A DNA stretch of 36,435 nucleotides, taken from Hyphomonadaceae bacterium (lineage in GTDB: Bacteria; Pseudomonadota; Alphaproteobacteria; Caulobacterales; Aquidulcibacteraceae). Position numbers and translations under genes: made by a program. The notes below the pieces were generated by a model. The model had not been told where the DNA came from, did no database searches, and worked only from the letters and a program-made list of their open reading frames with translations. This document shows, piece after piece, positions 7,910-16,708 of this stretch. The stretch covers positions 1 to 36,435 of the forward strand of contig JANNVF010000446.1 of the NCBI GenBank assembly GCA_031414315.1, given 5' to 3'. Every line of letters starts with the position of its first letter. Position 1 is the stretch's first letter.

Positions 7910-9364
7910 ATGTCCGTAGCTAATACGTCTGCCGCCAGCGTTCGATCCGACCCCGCGTTCGCTGCGCTGGGGCCGGAGTTTGCCGATAGTGTGGCGCCGG
8001 CCGCATTTCCGCAGACGATCTTGCGCTGGCGCAACGATCGTTGGGCCGCCCGCATCGGGCTCGGCGGCCTCGATGATGCGCCTTTCGCGGCGCATTTCGC
8101 GCGCTTCGAACCACTGCCCGGCAACATGCACACGCCGCTGGCGCTGCGGTATCATGGCCACCAGTTCGGCACATACAACCCCGACATCGGCGACGGGCGC
8201 GGTTTTCTCTTTGCACAACTCCGTGACAGCCAAGATCGCCTGCTCGATCTCGCCACCAAGGGCTCGGGACGCACGCCGTGGTCGCGCACCGGAGACGGGC
8301 GGCTGACCCTGAAGGGCGCGGTGCGCGAAATCCTTGCAGCCCAGATGCTGGAGGCCCAAGGCGTCTACACGTCCAAGCCCTTCGCGGTGTTCGAGACCGG
8401 TGAGGCGCTGCAGCGCAACGACGAGCCGTCCCCCACCCGCGCGGCGGTGCTGACCCGGCTCGGCCACAGTCACATCCGCATCGGCATGTTCCAGCGGCAC
8501 GCGTACATGGACCGCCCCGATCTCCTGCGCGCGCTCGTGCAGCATTGCGCGGAGAATTATTATCCGGACCTGCTCGCGCTGGAGGGCGACACTCAGGTCG
8601 CCGGCTTGCTGCGTCACGCCATCGTCGCCAACGCCACGCTCTGCGCGAGCTGGATGGCGGCGGGCTTCGTGCATGGCGTGCTCAACACCGACAACATGAA
8701 CATCACCGGCGAGAGCTTCGACTACGGTCCGTGGCGCTTCTTGCCGGTGAGCGATCCCAACTTCACCGCCGCCTACTTCGACGAACGCGGCCTCTATTCC
8801 TTCGGTCGCCAACCCACCGCCACCGGCTGGAACCTCGCGCAGCTCGCCACCGCGTTGTCGCCGATCTGCGCGGCGGCGCTGCTGGAAGACGCGCTCAAGC
8901 TGTTCGCGCCGACATATCAGGCAGCCCTGCGCGACCGCACGTTCGCGCGCCTCGGCCTCGCGCCCGGCGCCATGGCCGATGACATCGCGTTCCTCGCCGA
9001 GTTCTTCCGCTGGATGACCGACTCAGGCGCGAGCTGGCCGCAGACGTTTCACGACTGGGTCTGCGCAGATGCGCCGCGCGCCGATGCGGGCCCGCAAGCG
9101 GCGCTCTACGCCGACACGGATTTCGCGGCGACCCGCGCCGGGTTCGCCGCGCGCGCGCCGGTGCGGCCGGAGCGGCTGTCACACGCCGCCTTGCAGCGCG
9201 CGACACCAACAACGCTGCTTATCGACGACGTGGAGGGCCTCTGGGCGCCGATCGCCGCAGAGGATGACTGGTCGCTGCTTCATGCAAAGATCGCCGAGAT
9301 CGATGCGCTGCGCGATGCGCTCGGCCTCACACCAGTGTGGGCGCGCGACCTTCCGTCCGGCTGA
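7910..9364 (+). CDS. selO: protein adenylyltransferase (AMPylase) SelO / YdiU family
   Basis: Real part of track ORF 7106..9364, from ATG 7910. Motifs: YHGHQFGTYNPDIGDGRGFLFAQL, ATKGSGRTPWSR, GDGRLTLKGAVRE, HGVLNTDNMNITGESFDYGPWRF. Confidence 0.92.
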   Translation: MSVANTSAASVRSDPAFAALGPEFADSVAPAAFPQTILRWRNDRWAARIGLGGLDDAPFAAHFARFEPLPGNMHTPLALRYHGHQFGTYNPDIGDGRGFLFAQLRDSQDRLLDLATKGSGRTPWSRTGDGRLTLKGAVREILAAQMLEAQGVYTSKPFAVFETGEALQRNDEPSPTRAAVLTRLGHSHIRIGMFQRHAYMDRPDLLRALVQHCAENYYPDLLALEGDTQVAGLLRHAIVANATLCASWMAAGFVHGVLNTDNMNITGESFDYGPWRFLPVSDPNFTAAYFDERGLYSFGRQPTATGWNLAQLATALSPICAAALLEDALKLFAPTYQAALRDRTFARLGLAPGAMADDIAFLAEFFRWMTDSGASWPQTFHDWVCADAPRADAGPQAALYADTDFAATRAGFAARAPVRPERLSHAALQRATPTTLLIDDVEGLWAPIAAEDDWSLLHAKIAEIDALRDALGLTPVWARDLPSG

Positions 9365-9422
9365 GGCGTCACGCGATTGTCATGTGGAGCCGCTAGCTCC
9401 GGCACGGGATACTTGAGGGATC

Positions 9423-11492
9423 ATGGCCATGGCCGACAGCGCCGACGAGACGACCCCGCCGATGTGGGCGGTGATCGAGGATCGCCTGACGCGGCGCGGA
9501 CTGCTCGGCGGCCTCGCTGCACTGCCGCTGCTGTCGCTCGCCGACGCCCACGCGCAACCCGCCGCGCGCACCCTGACCTTCACCTCCGTGGCTGCAACGC
9601 ACGCCGACACCGTCACCGTGCCGCCCGGCTACCGGATGCAGCCGCTGATCGCGTGGGGCGACGCGCTCTACGACAACATGGCGCCGTTCGATCCCAAGAC
9701 GCTCACAGTGGCGGAACAGGAAAAGCGCTTCGGCCAGAACAACGACATGCTCGCGCTGTTTCCCGCGCAGTACACATTCCCGCCCGCCGCAAACCAGACA
9801 CGCTACCTGCTGTGCGCCAATCACGAGTACGTCGACCCGTCGCTGGTCTATCCGGGGCTGGCCTCCCCGCGCGACATCACGCCGGACATGGCCAACGCGG
9901 TCGTCGCCGCGCACGGCGTCAGCGTCGTGCAGATCGAGCGCGGCGGCGATGGCGCGTGGAAGGTGATCAGGGATGCAAGCCCCGGCGCCGGGCTCAACCG
10001 TCGCATCACGCCGCTGACGCCGGTGCTGTTCGACGGCCCCGCCGCCAACCACCGCTGGGTGACGGCCGCATCGACGGGCTGGAACCTGGTGGCGCCGTCC
10101 GGCGTCGTTGGCGCCGTGGCGTGTGGCACCATCGCCAACTGCGCCGGCGGGCAGACGCCGTGGGGCACGTATCTCACGGCGGAGGAAAACTTCGACGGCT
10201 ATTTCGCGCTGTCGGCGCTCACGCCGGAGGTGGAGGCCGTGCACGGTGACGCCGCGTGGGTGTGGTCCAGCGGCAGTTTCGGCACGCCGCTGTTTGCGCC
10301 CGTGCGCTCGCGCGGCATGCCGGCGCGCTACGACGTGGCGAAGAACCCCTACGCCTCGGCGCTCTACGGCTGGATCGTCGAGATCGATCCGCATGATCCG
10401 ACGTGGACGCCGAAGAAGCGCACAGCGCTGGGACGGCGCAAGGCGGAGTGCGCGACAACGGCGCTGACCAAGGATGGCCGCGTGGTCGTCTATTCCGGCG
10501 ACGACCAGATCAACGAGTTCGTCTACAAGTTCGTGTCGCACGGAAAGTTCAATCCCGCCGACCGCAGCGCCAACCGCGATCTGCTGAGCGATGGCCAGCT
10601 CTACGCCGCGCGTTTCGACGCCAATGGGCGCGGCGAATGGCTGGCGCTGACGCCGCAGGCCGCCAACGCCGCCGTCGCCGGCTACAGCGCGCCGTTCACC
10701 GACGCTGGCGACGTCGCCATCCGCTGCCGCGAGGCCGCACGCTTGATGGGCGCAACGCCCATGGATCGCCCGGAAGACGTGGAGGCGCTGCTCGATGCAA
10801 ACTGGGTCGGGCGCGGCACGGTGCTTGTCGTGTGCACCAACAACCGCAACGAACAGCCGGCGCGCCCAGGCAACCCCGCGCGCGAGCGCGCGCCCGGAGA
10901 CGATCCTGTGCAGCAGAGCAACCTTGCCGGCCACATCCTGCGTCTTGAAGAGACCGGCCACGACTGCGGCGCCAGGCGTTTCCGCTGGGATGTATTCGCG
11001 CTTGCCGGCGATCCCGCCGCAACTTCACCAACGATCGAAACGCCCAACGCCGGCGCCGCGCACGTGTCAGTGAAGATCGATGGTCGCGCCATGATCTCCG
11101 GTGACCGTTTCGCGTGCCCCGACAACATCTGCTTTGACGCCAACTTCAACGTCTGGATCGCTACCGACGGCGCGCCGGCGGTGTTCGGCGACTGCAACGA
11201 TGCGGTGGTGGTGACTTCGACGGGCGGCGCGGCGCCGCGACCGATGAAGCGTTTCCTCGTCGGTCCCGTCGGCTGCGAAATCTGCGGACCGACCATGGCG
11301 CCGGATCAGAAGTCGTTCTTCGTCGCGATCCAGCATCCGGGCGAATCCGACGCCGCCGGCAATCCCTATGCCGATGTTCGCTGGCGCACCGGCGCTGCGC
11401 CAGCGTCGAGTTTTCCCGATGGCGCCGGCGCGTGGCCGCGCTCCGCAGTGGTGGTGATCACGCGCGACGATGGCGGCGTGATCGGCGCCTGA
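9423..11492 (+). CDS. phoX: PhoX family phosphatase (DUF839) with Tat signal
   Basis: 689 aa. Tat signal LTRRGLLGGLAALPLLSLADAHA. Contains NCAGGQTPWGTYLTAEEN and beta-propeller-type repeats ending in FVAIQHPGE. Confidence 0.9.
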   Translation: MAMADSADETTPPMWAVIEDRLTRRGLLGGLAALPLLSLADAHAQPAARTLTFTSVAATHADTVTVPPGYRMQPLIAWGDALYDNMAPFDPKTLTVAEQEKRFGQNNDMLALFPAQYTFPPAANQTRYLLCANHEYVDPSLVYPGLASPRDITPDMANAVVAAHGVSVVQIERGGDGAWKVIRDASPGAGLNRRITPLTPVLFDGPAANHRWVTAASTGWNLVAPSGVVGAVACGTIANCAGGQTPWGTYLTAEENFDGYFALSALTPEVEAVHGDAAWVWSSGSFGTPLFAPVRSRGMPARYDVAKNPYASALYGWIVEIDPHDPTWTPKKRTALGRRKAECATTALTKDGRVVVYSGDDQINEFVYKFVSHGKFNPADRSANRDLLSDGQLYAARFDANGRGEWLALTPQAANAAVAGYSAPFTDAGDVAIRCREAARLMGATPMDRPEDVEALLDANWVGRGTVLVVCTNNRNEQPARPGNPARERAPGDDPVQQSNLAGHILRLEETGHDCGARRFRWDVFALAGDPAATSPTIETPNAGAAHVSVKIDGRAMISGDRFACPDNICFDANFNVWIATDGAPAVFGDCNDAVVVTSTGGAAPRPMKRFLVGPVGCEICGPTMAPDQKSFFVAIQHPGESDAAGNPYADVRWRTGAAPASSFPDGAGAWPRSAVVVITRDDGGVIGA

Positions 11493-11568
11493 GCGTTTGT
11501 GCGCTTGACGGAGACCGGCAAGCCCGCTCCTCTGCGGGGGCAGGTGGGCTGCGGGACATTTCAAAAAC

Positions 11569-11644
11569 TGGCGACGCCGGAGGGAATCGAACCCCCGACC
11601 TTGTCCTTAGGACGGACCCGCTCTTCCTGCTGAGCTACGGCGCC
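11569..11644 (-). tRNA. tRNA-Arg (anticodon CCU)
   Basis: The reverse complement reads GGCGCCG TA GCTC AGCAGGAA GAGC G GGTCC GTCCTAA GGACA AGGTC GGGGG TTCGATT CCCTC CGGCGTC G CCA. This folds as a full cloverleaf with a TTCGATT T-loop and encoded CCA. The anticodon loop has U33-CCU-A37. Position 32 is G and 27:43 is a mismatch, both slightly unusual. Confidence 0.88.
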
Positions 11645-11709
11645 ACGCTGGCGTCGTTATGACCGATCGCGGCCGTGTCGTCGACAGGCCGCGTCGCTGG
11701 GAGGGGCAG

Positions 11710-12621
11710 ATGAAGAAATGGATGGCGCTGGCCGCAGCGATGCTCGTCGTCGCGTGCGGGCCGAAGCTGGACGGTCTGGAAAAAGGCGAAGCGGCCAAGG
11801 CCACCGAGGTGCGCGACGGCGACACCTTCGAGATGGAGGGCGGCCTCGTGGTGCATCTCGCGGGCGTGGAGGCGCCGCGCGGCGACCAGCCCCGCGCCAA
11901 GGAGGCGCGCGCGGCGCTGGAGCGGCTGGTGGCGCACCGGTCAGTGCAGCTCGCGTACGGCGGCCAGAAACGCGCGCGCGATGCGGCGGTGGCGCAGGTG
12001 TTCGCACGCACCGAAGGCGGGCGCTGGGTGTGGGTGCAGCAGGCGATGCTGCTCTCGGGCGATGCACGCGTGCACACCCGCCGCGATAACATCGCCAGGC
12101 TCGACGAGATGCGCGCCGCCGAAACCGCCGCGCGGACGGCCAAACGAGGCGTGTGGAGCGATCCGTTCTACGCGATGCGCACGGCCGAAGACCTGGCGCG
12201 CAGCGACGATGAGATCAGCGCCGATCCCGCTTGCGTCACCGAACGCGCTGCTCTCGAGGCTGCGCGCGACGCCGCCAAGGCGGCGAAAAAAACCGACGCG
12301 GTCGCGACCGACGATGACGCGGCCAAGGAGGATCGTCCGCGCCGTCCGCGCCGGCAACGGGACTTCCAGATCGTGGAAGGCCAGATCACCAGCGTCGCCG
12401 ACCGCGAGCGCGCGGTGTTCCTCAACTTCGGCGACGACATCACCCGCGACTTCGGCGTCATGGTGCCCAAGGACGCGCTGGAGAGCTGGCCCGGTGGGCT
12501 TGAGGCAATCACCGCACTCCAAGGCAAGACCGTGCGCGTGCGCGGCGAGGTCGGGCGCTGCGGCAAGCCGCTGATGCGCATCGACCACCCGCAACAACTG
12601 GAGCCGATCGGCACAGACTGA
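11710..12621 (+). CDS. thermonuclease (SNase) family lipoprotein with extra C-terminal domain
   Basis: ATG 11710 within track ORF 11659..12621. Signal MKKWMALAAAMLVVAC (lipobox). SNase motifs: VRDGDTFEM..VVHLAGVEAP and AARTAKRGVWS. A charged linker (RPRRPRRQR) is followed by a ~90-aa beta-rich tail. Confidence 0.85.
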   Translation: MKKWMALAAAMLVVACGPKLDGLEKGEAAKATEVRDGDTFEMEGGLVVHLAGVEAPRGDQPRAKEARAALERLVAHRSVQLAYGGQKRARDAAVAQVFARTEGGRWVWVQQAMLLSGDARVHTRRDNIARLDEMRAAETAARTAKRGVWSDPFYAMRTAEDLARSDDEISADPACVTERAALEAARDAAKAAKKTDAVATDDDAAKEDRPRRPRRQRDFQIVEGQITSVADRERAVFLNFGDDITRDFGVMVPKDALESWPGGLEAITALQGKTVRVRGEVGRCGKPLMRIDHPQQLEPIGTD

Positions 12622-12754
12622 AAGCTCTTGCGACGCGACGGCGGCGGAGTCCCCGCGGTGGTTGCGGCGCGACGCCGGGTAATTTGCTTCGCGCGTCCCG
12701 GCTTCTGGGCTAGTTTCCCCGCGTTCTCCGGCGCTGTGCCAGACGGGGCGACGC

Positions 12755-13789
12755 ATGACACGATTTACCGGATTCCCCTGCGCCATCGTGCTCGCGGCGC
12801 TTGTTACGCCCGCGCTGGCGCAAGTGACCACCATCCAGCGCGCGCCGCCGGTCATCGCGCAGGTGCAAGCCCCGGTTGCGGGCCTCGTGCCGGTGGCGGC
12901 CAACGCCGGCTGGGTGGCGACCGGGCGCACGGTGCGCAAGGACGGACAACTTCTGGTGGTCGCCGGCGACGGGCGCTGGTCGGTGGCCGGCAAAGCGGCG
13001 AGCGTCACCGCCGTCGCGCGCATCCCGACGACTGGCGCAGACGGTTTTCCCAACACGGCGGGTCAGGCCACGGTGTTGCCATCCGCCAATCGCGGCGCGC
13101 TGATCGGGCGGATCGGCGCCGGTGCGCCGTTCCTGATCGGCGCGCGCTATTCAGGCGTTGCGCCCGCCGATGGCGAACTCTTCCTCTCCGTCAACGACGG
13201 GGCCAACGAATTCCGCGACAATCAGGGCGCGCTGTCGGTCGTCATCCGCGCCACGCCGCCGCGTCCGCCAGCGCAGCAGCCGACCGGCAGCCAGACTCCG
13301 ACAACACCGCCGCGCGCGCCGCCGAAGGACACCACGCCGCCGGAGACAAAACCGCCGCAGCGCGATCCCACGCCTCCGCCGCAGGACACGCAGCCGCAGA
13401 CACCCATACCGCCCGCGCAGGATCCCACACGCGGCCCGGTCGATACGCCCGCCCCCACCGAGGAGCCGCTGCCCGCGCCGGAAGACGCGCCGCCGGAAGC
13501 AGCGCCACTTCCCGCCGCGCCCGTCACCCCCGTGGCCCCGCCGATCGAAACACCGCCGCCTGCGCGACCAGCGCTGCCGGAAGGCCTTGTCCCCGGCGCG
13601 ATCGCCGTGGCGATCCTTGCTGGCCTGCTGTTGCTGTATCGGCTCATGCGTCCCCGGCGGAAACCACCGGCCAACGATACGCCGCGCAGGGACGGCGCAC
13701 CGGCCCCGCAGATCGCCACACGTATTGTCAGTGACGGCATCGCCGATCAGTCGCTGACCATTTCCGTCAAGCGGGAGCACACGTCATGA
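12755..13789 (+). CDS. single-pass membrane protein: signal peptide, PA-IL/LecA-like lectin domain, ~110-aa Pro-rich stalk, TM helix, short cytoplasmic tail
   Basis: 344 aa. Signal peptide MTRFTGFPCAIVLAALVTPALAQ. The domain pattern DGQLLVVAGDGRWS...GADG...RGALIGRIGAGAPFLIG...ADGELFLSVNDGANEFRDNQGALSVVI parallels P. aeruginosa LecA (DVITIVAAGWAS...GPQG...CGALVMKIG...[23 protein letters not shown]). P/T/Q-rich stretch at residues ~168-275. TM helix LVPGAIAVAILAGLLLLYRLM. Confidence 0.8.
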   Translation: MTRFTGFPCAIVLAALVTPALAQVTTIQRAPPVIAQVQAPVAGLVPVAANAGWVATGRTVRKDGQLLVVAGDGRWSVAGKAASVTAVARIPTTGADGFPNTAGQATVLPSANRGALIGRIGAGAPFLIGARYSGVAPADGELFLSVNDGANEFRDNQGALSVVIRATPPRPPAQQPTGSQTPTTPPRAPPKDTTPPETKPPQRDPTPPPQDTQPQTPIPPAQDPTRGPVDTPAPTEEPLPAPEDAPPEAAPLPAAPVTPVAPPIETPPPARPALPEGLVPGAIAVAILAGLLLLYRLMRPRRKPPANDTPRRDGAPAPQIATRIVSDGIADQSLTISVKREHTS

Positions 13790-14352
13790 GCTCTGCAGTG
13801 GAGACCCTCGCAACGTTCCTGCATTTCGACGATCCGGCGCGGGCGCGAAGCCGCAGCAAGTCACTGCAGGATGCGCGCGCGGCTACACAGACGCAGGCGC
13901 TCTCGGCCCCGCTGCGTGGGCCGGCCACGGACGCCGTCATCGCCACTGCGCGCACGCTGCTCAGGTCGCCGCTCGGCGACGTGATGGGCGCGGCGTGGGG
14001 CAAGCTCGACGCGCTGCTCAAGTTTCGCGACACCTCGGCGTATCCGCCCGACCAGATCAACGACTTCACGCTGCACGAACACGAGATCGCGCTTTCGCGG
14101 CATCCGTCCGTGGCGCTCGTCGTGAACGGCGTGCCGACCGGCGCGGAGTTCCAGTTCGAACTCAAGATCGGCCTCACCATCGAGAGCGCGCTGCTCAAGA
14201 TCCGCAACGGGCGGATCATCGGCGCCGAGGTTGGCAAGCTTCACGGCGGCGGCGCGTTCCGCTGCGGCGAGGTGGTGCTGGCCGAGCGCAAGACGGACTC
14301 GTTCCGGCTGCCCGGCGCCCTCTCCTTCACGCCCGACATCCCGATCGGCTGA
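13786..14352 (+). CDS. hypothetical cytoplasmic protein, translationally coupled to the lectin-like gene
   Basis: 188 aa. ATG 13786 overlaps the upstream stop (ATGA). Strong GC3 bias in this frame. No signal peptide or TM helix, and no motif I recognise. The C-terminal half looks beta-rich (SVALVVNGVPTGAEFQFELKIGLTIESALLKIRNGRIIGAEVGKLHGGGAFRCGEVVLAE). Confidence 0.7.
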   Translation: MSSAVETLATFLHFDDPARARSRSKSLQDARAATQTQALSAPLRGPATDAVIATARTLLRSPLGDVMGAAWGKLDALLKFRDTSAYPPDQINDFTLHEHEIALSRHPSVALVVNGVPTGAEFQFELKIGLTIESALLKIRNGRIIGAEVGKLHGGGAFRCGEVVLAERKTDSFRLPGALSFTPDIPIG

Positions 14353-14356
14353 TCGC

Positions 14357-15235
14357 TCAGACCAGTCCGGCCTGCACCGGATCGGTCACCGTGCGCAGCA
14401 GCGCGCGGCGTAACTTGCCCAACGCCTGGGTCTCGATCTGGCGGACGCGTTCCTTCGATACGCCGAGCTTCTCGCCCAGCGCGTCGAGCGTGACGCCGTC
14501 CTCGCTGAGCCGTCGTTCACGGATGATCATCAGTTCGCGCGGGTTCAGATACTCCATCGCCTCGGCGATCCAGCGCGTGCGGGTGGCGTCATCGCGCCGC
14601 TGCATCACTTCGATGTCGGGGGTGACATGATCGTCGGCGAGGGTGTCCTGCCAGTTGGTGTCGCCGGCCTCGCCCAGCGGCGCGTTGAGCGAGCGATCCG
14701 GCCCTGACAGCCGCGTCGCCATCGCCGCCACCTCGCGCTCGGCGACGCCGAGTTTCTTCGCCACCGCCAGGCGCGCTTCCCGGCTCATCGTCTCGTCGGT
14801 GTCGCCGATCTGCGCGCGCATGCGGCGCAGGTTGAAGAAGAGCGATTTCTGCGCCGACGTGGTGCCGGTGCGCACGATCGACCAGTTGCGCAGGATGTAG
14901 TCCTGCATCGCCGCGCGGATCCACCAGACCGCGTAGGTGGAGAACCGCAGGTTGCGATCCGGCTCGAACCGCGCCGCCGCCTGCATCAACCCGACATTGC
15001 CTTCCTGCACGAGATCGGCGTTCGGCAGGCCATAGTTGCGAAACTTCGCGGCCATCGCGACCACGAGACGGACATAGGCTTCGGTCAGCCGGTGCAGCGC
15101 CTTCTCGTCGCCCGCCTCGCGCCAGCGCCGCGCGAGCGCCTGCTCGGTTTCGGCGTCGAGCATTGGCGCGCGCATCGCGTCACGGGCAAAGCGCCGCGTG
15201 CCCTGCTGGAATTCCTCGATCTCGCTCAGCGCCAT
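14357..15235 (-). CDS. rpoH: RNA polymerase sigma-32 (heat-shock sigma factor RpoH)
   Basis: ATG 15235 inside track ORF 14357..15325. Sigma-70 regions 2-4 are present, plus the RpoH box (TTSAQKSLFFNLRRMR). The protein ends in a region 4.2 HTH (LGEKLGVSKERVRQIETQALGKLR). Confidence 0.93.
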   Translation of the reverse strand: MALSEIEEFQQGTRRFARDAMRAPMLDAETEQALARRWREAGDEKALHRLTEAYVRLVVAMAAKFRNYGLPNADLVQEGNVGLMQAAARFEPDRNLRFSTYAVWWIRAAMQDYILRNWSIVRTGTTSAQKSLFFNLRRMRAQIGDTDETMSREARLAVAKKLGVAEREVAAMATRLSGPDRSLNAPLGEAGDTNWQDTLADDHVTPDIEVMQRRDDATRTRWIAEAMEYLNPRELMIIRERRLSEDGVTLDALGEKLGVSKERVRQIETQALGKLRRALLRTVTDPVQAGLV

Positions 15236-15298
15236 GGAGGACAATACGCGCGAGGCTGGCGTCGAGATCACGAGCCAGATGCGGCCCTGCGCGCCACC

Positions 15299-15324
15299 GC
15301 CGGGAACGCAGGGCCGGGAACGCA
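15299..15324. repeat. perfect 12-bp tandem direct repeat GCCGGGAACGCA-gg-GCCGGGAACGCA upstream of rpoH
   Basis: Read directly at 15299-15310 and 15313-15324, which is 64-89 nt upstream of the rpoH ATG. Function unknown. Confidence 0.6.
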
Positions 15325-15420
15325 TGCACGCCTCATCTCGTTCGTCCGGAAGCCCGGAGCCGCCCCTGAGGGCCAGCCGGTCGGGGATGGAGGCGCAAGT
15401 GAGATCACATCTGTTAAGCC

Positions 15421-16068
15421 GTGTCCGTTGAACCGCGCCGGGGAACGCACCGGGCGGAAAACTTCAGCGATGCGTTCTTCGCCATCGTCATCACGCTGCT
15501 GGTGCTGGACCTTCGCCTTCCGGACGCGGAGTCGTTCGAGACTGTGAATGGCCTCTGGCGCGACCTGCGCAGCCTGTGGCCGGTCGCCGCCGCCCACGTC
15601 ATCAGCTTCGTGAACATCTACATCCTGTGGGTCTCCCACCACGAGCTCATGCGGCTGGCGGCCAAGACCGATACGGCGTTTCTCTACCTGAACGGCGCGC
15701 TCCTGTTCGGCATCGGCCTGATGCCTTTCTCTACCGGGATCCTCGCGGCGAACTGGCTGTCCGGCGACGCCAAGGTAGCAGCCGGCTTCTACACCGGGGC
15801 CCTGCTCTGGGTGGCGTTGTTCCTCAACCTTCTCTGGCGTCACCTCGCGCGCGACCCCGCGCGGCTTGACCCCGACGTGACCGCGCGTGACCGCGCCCGC
15901 ATCAGCCGCACCTACGCTGTCACGCTGGCGCTTTACGCCGCCGCCTTCGCGCTCGCGTGGGTCGCGCCTGCGTGGGCGGTGGGCATGACCATCGGCCTGG
16001 CGGTGTTCTTCGCGGTCGCCGATCGTCTCAGCGGATTTGCCAGCGAGGACGTCGCGGTGGAGGACTAA
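15421..16068 (+). CDS. TMEM175 family (DUF1211) putative potassium channel
   Basis: 215 aa with a GTG start. Family signature RAENFSDAFFAIVITLLVLDL, followed by further TM helices. Confidence 0.85.
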   Translation: MSVEPRRGTHRAENFSDAFFAIVITLLVLDLRLPDAESFETVNGLWRDLRSLWPVAAAHVISFVNIYILWVSHHELMRLAAKTDTAFLYLNGALLFGIGLMPFSTGILAANWLSGDAKVAAGFYTGALLWVALFLNLLWRHLARDPARLDPDVTARDRARISRTYAVTLALYAAAFALAWVAPAWAVGMTIGLAVFFAVADRLSGFASEDVAVED

Positions 16069-16081
16069 AGCGCGCGCAACG

Positions 16082-16108
16082 AAAAAGGGGCCGGCTTGCG
16101 CCGACCCC
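16082..16108 (-). terminator. intrinsic terminator after cdnL (A-tract on the other side, so probably bidirectional and shared with the TMEM175 gene)
   Basis: The minus strand reads GGGGTCGGC GCAA GCCGGCCCC TTTTT. On the plus strand the same hairpin is preceded by AAAAA. Confidence 0.7.
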
Positions 16109-16133
16109 TTCCGGATGTTCGAGGATCGCTGGT

Positions 16134-16661
16134 CTAGGCCGCGACCGCCTTCTTGCTCGCCAGGGACAGCGACATGCGCGCCATGGCGGTGTCGCGGTCG
16201 GTGTTTTCCACGGCCGCGAGTTCCCGGACCATGCGGTCGAGCGCCGATTCATAGAGCTGGCGCTCCGAGTACGATTGCTCCGGCTGGTCGCCGCCGCGGT
16301 GGAGGTCGCGCACGACTTCGGCGATGGAGATCAGATCGCCCGAGTTGATCTTCGCTTCGTATTCCTGGGCGCGGCGCGACCACATGGTGCGCTTGATGCG
16401 GGCCCGGCCCGACAGCGTCTTCAGCGCTTCATCGACCTGCTTGGACGACGCCAGCGGACGCATGCCGCACGAGCGCGCCTTCGCGGTGGGCACGCGCAGG
16501 GTCATCTTGTCCTGCTCGAACGAGATCACGAACACTTCCAGTTCAGTGCCGGCGACAGTCTGGCGCTCCAGACCCGTGACGCGGCCGACGCCGTGCGCGG
16601 GATAAACGATGTGATCACCGGCCTTGAAGGATTGCGGCGCTGCCGCGGTGTTCGTGGTCAT
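16134..16661 (-). CDS. cdnL: CarD/CdnL family transcriptional regulator
   Basis: 175 aa. Contains FKAGDHIVYPAHGVGRVTGLE...ELEVFVISFEQDKMTLRVP and RRAQEYEAKINSGDLISIAEVVRDL, the canonical CarD_CdnL_TRCF domain plus a C-terminal helical domain. Confidence 0.93.
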   Translation of the reverse strand: MTTNTAAAPQSFKAGDHIVYPAHGVGRVTGLERQTVAGTELEVFVISFEQDKMTLRVPTAKARSCGMRPLASSKQVDEALKTLSGRARIKRTMWSRRAQEYEAKINSGDLISIAEVVRDLHRGGDQPEQSYSERQLYESALDRMVRELAAVENTDRDTAMARMSLSLASKKAVAA

Positions 16662-16708
16662 GAGGTCGTGTTCTCCATACCCAGACGTGACAGACGGTCA
16701 TTCAACGC

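Noticed and set aside
7847-8812. N-terminal 322 codons of ORF 6740..8812, and likewise 7106-7909 of ORF 7106..9364
   Set aside because: These are read-through extensions into the opposite gene. The true starts are ATG 7846 (lipoprotein signal) and ATG 7910 (SelO N-terminus).
9365-9422. Pho box upstream of phoX
   Set aside because: Only a single TGTCAT half-site (aTTGTCATg) is present, with no second repeat at the expected 11-bp spacing.
9393-10961. 522-aa minus-strand ORF, plus other ORFs overlapping 9.4-11.5 kb
   Set aside because: They are antisense or alternate frames of the PhoX gene and have no recognisable motifs.
11493-11709. tRNA-Arg as an integration hotspot for a genomic island
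   Set aside because: There is no integrase, no duplicated tRNA 3-prime end and no compositional shift on either side. The flanking genes have native GC content.
13151-13780. Several Arg- or Gly-rich ORFs in both strands over the proline-rich stalk region
   Set aside because: They are alternate-frame artefacts of the CCG/CCC-rich coding repeat of the lectin-like gene.
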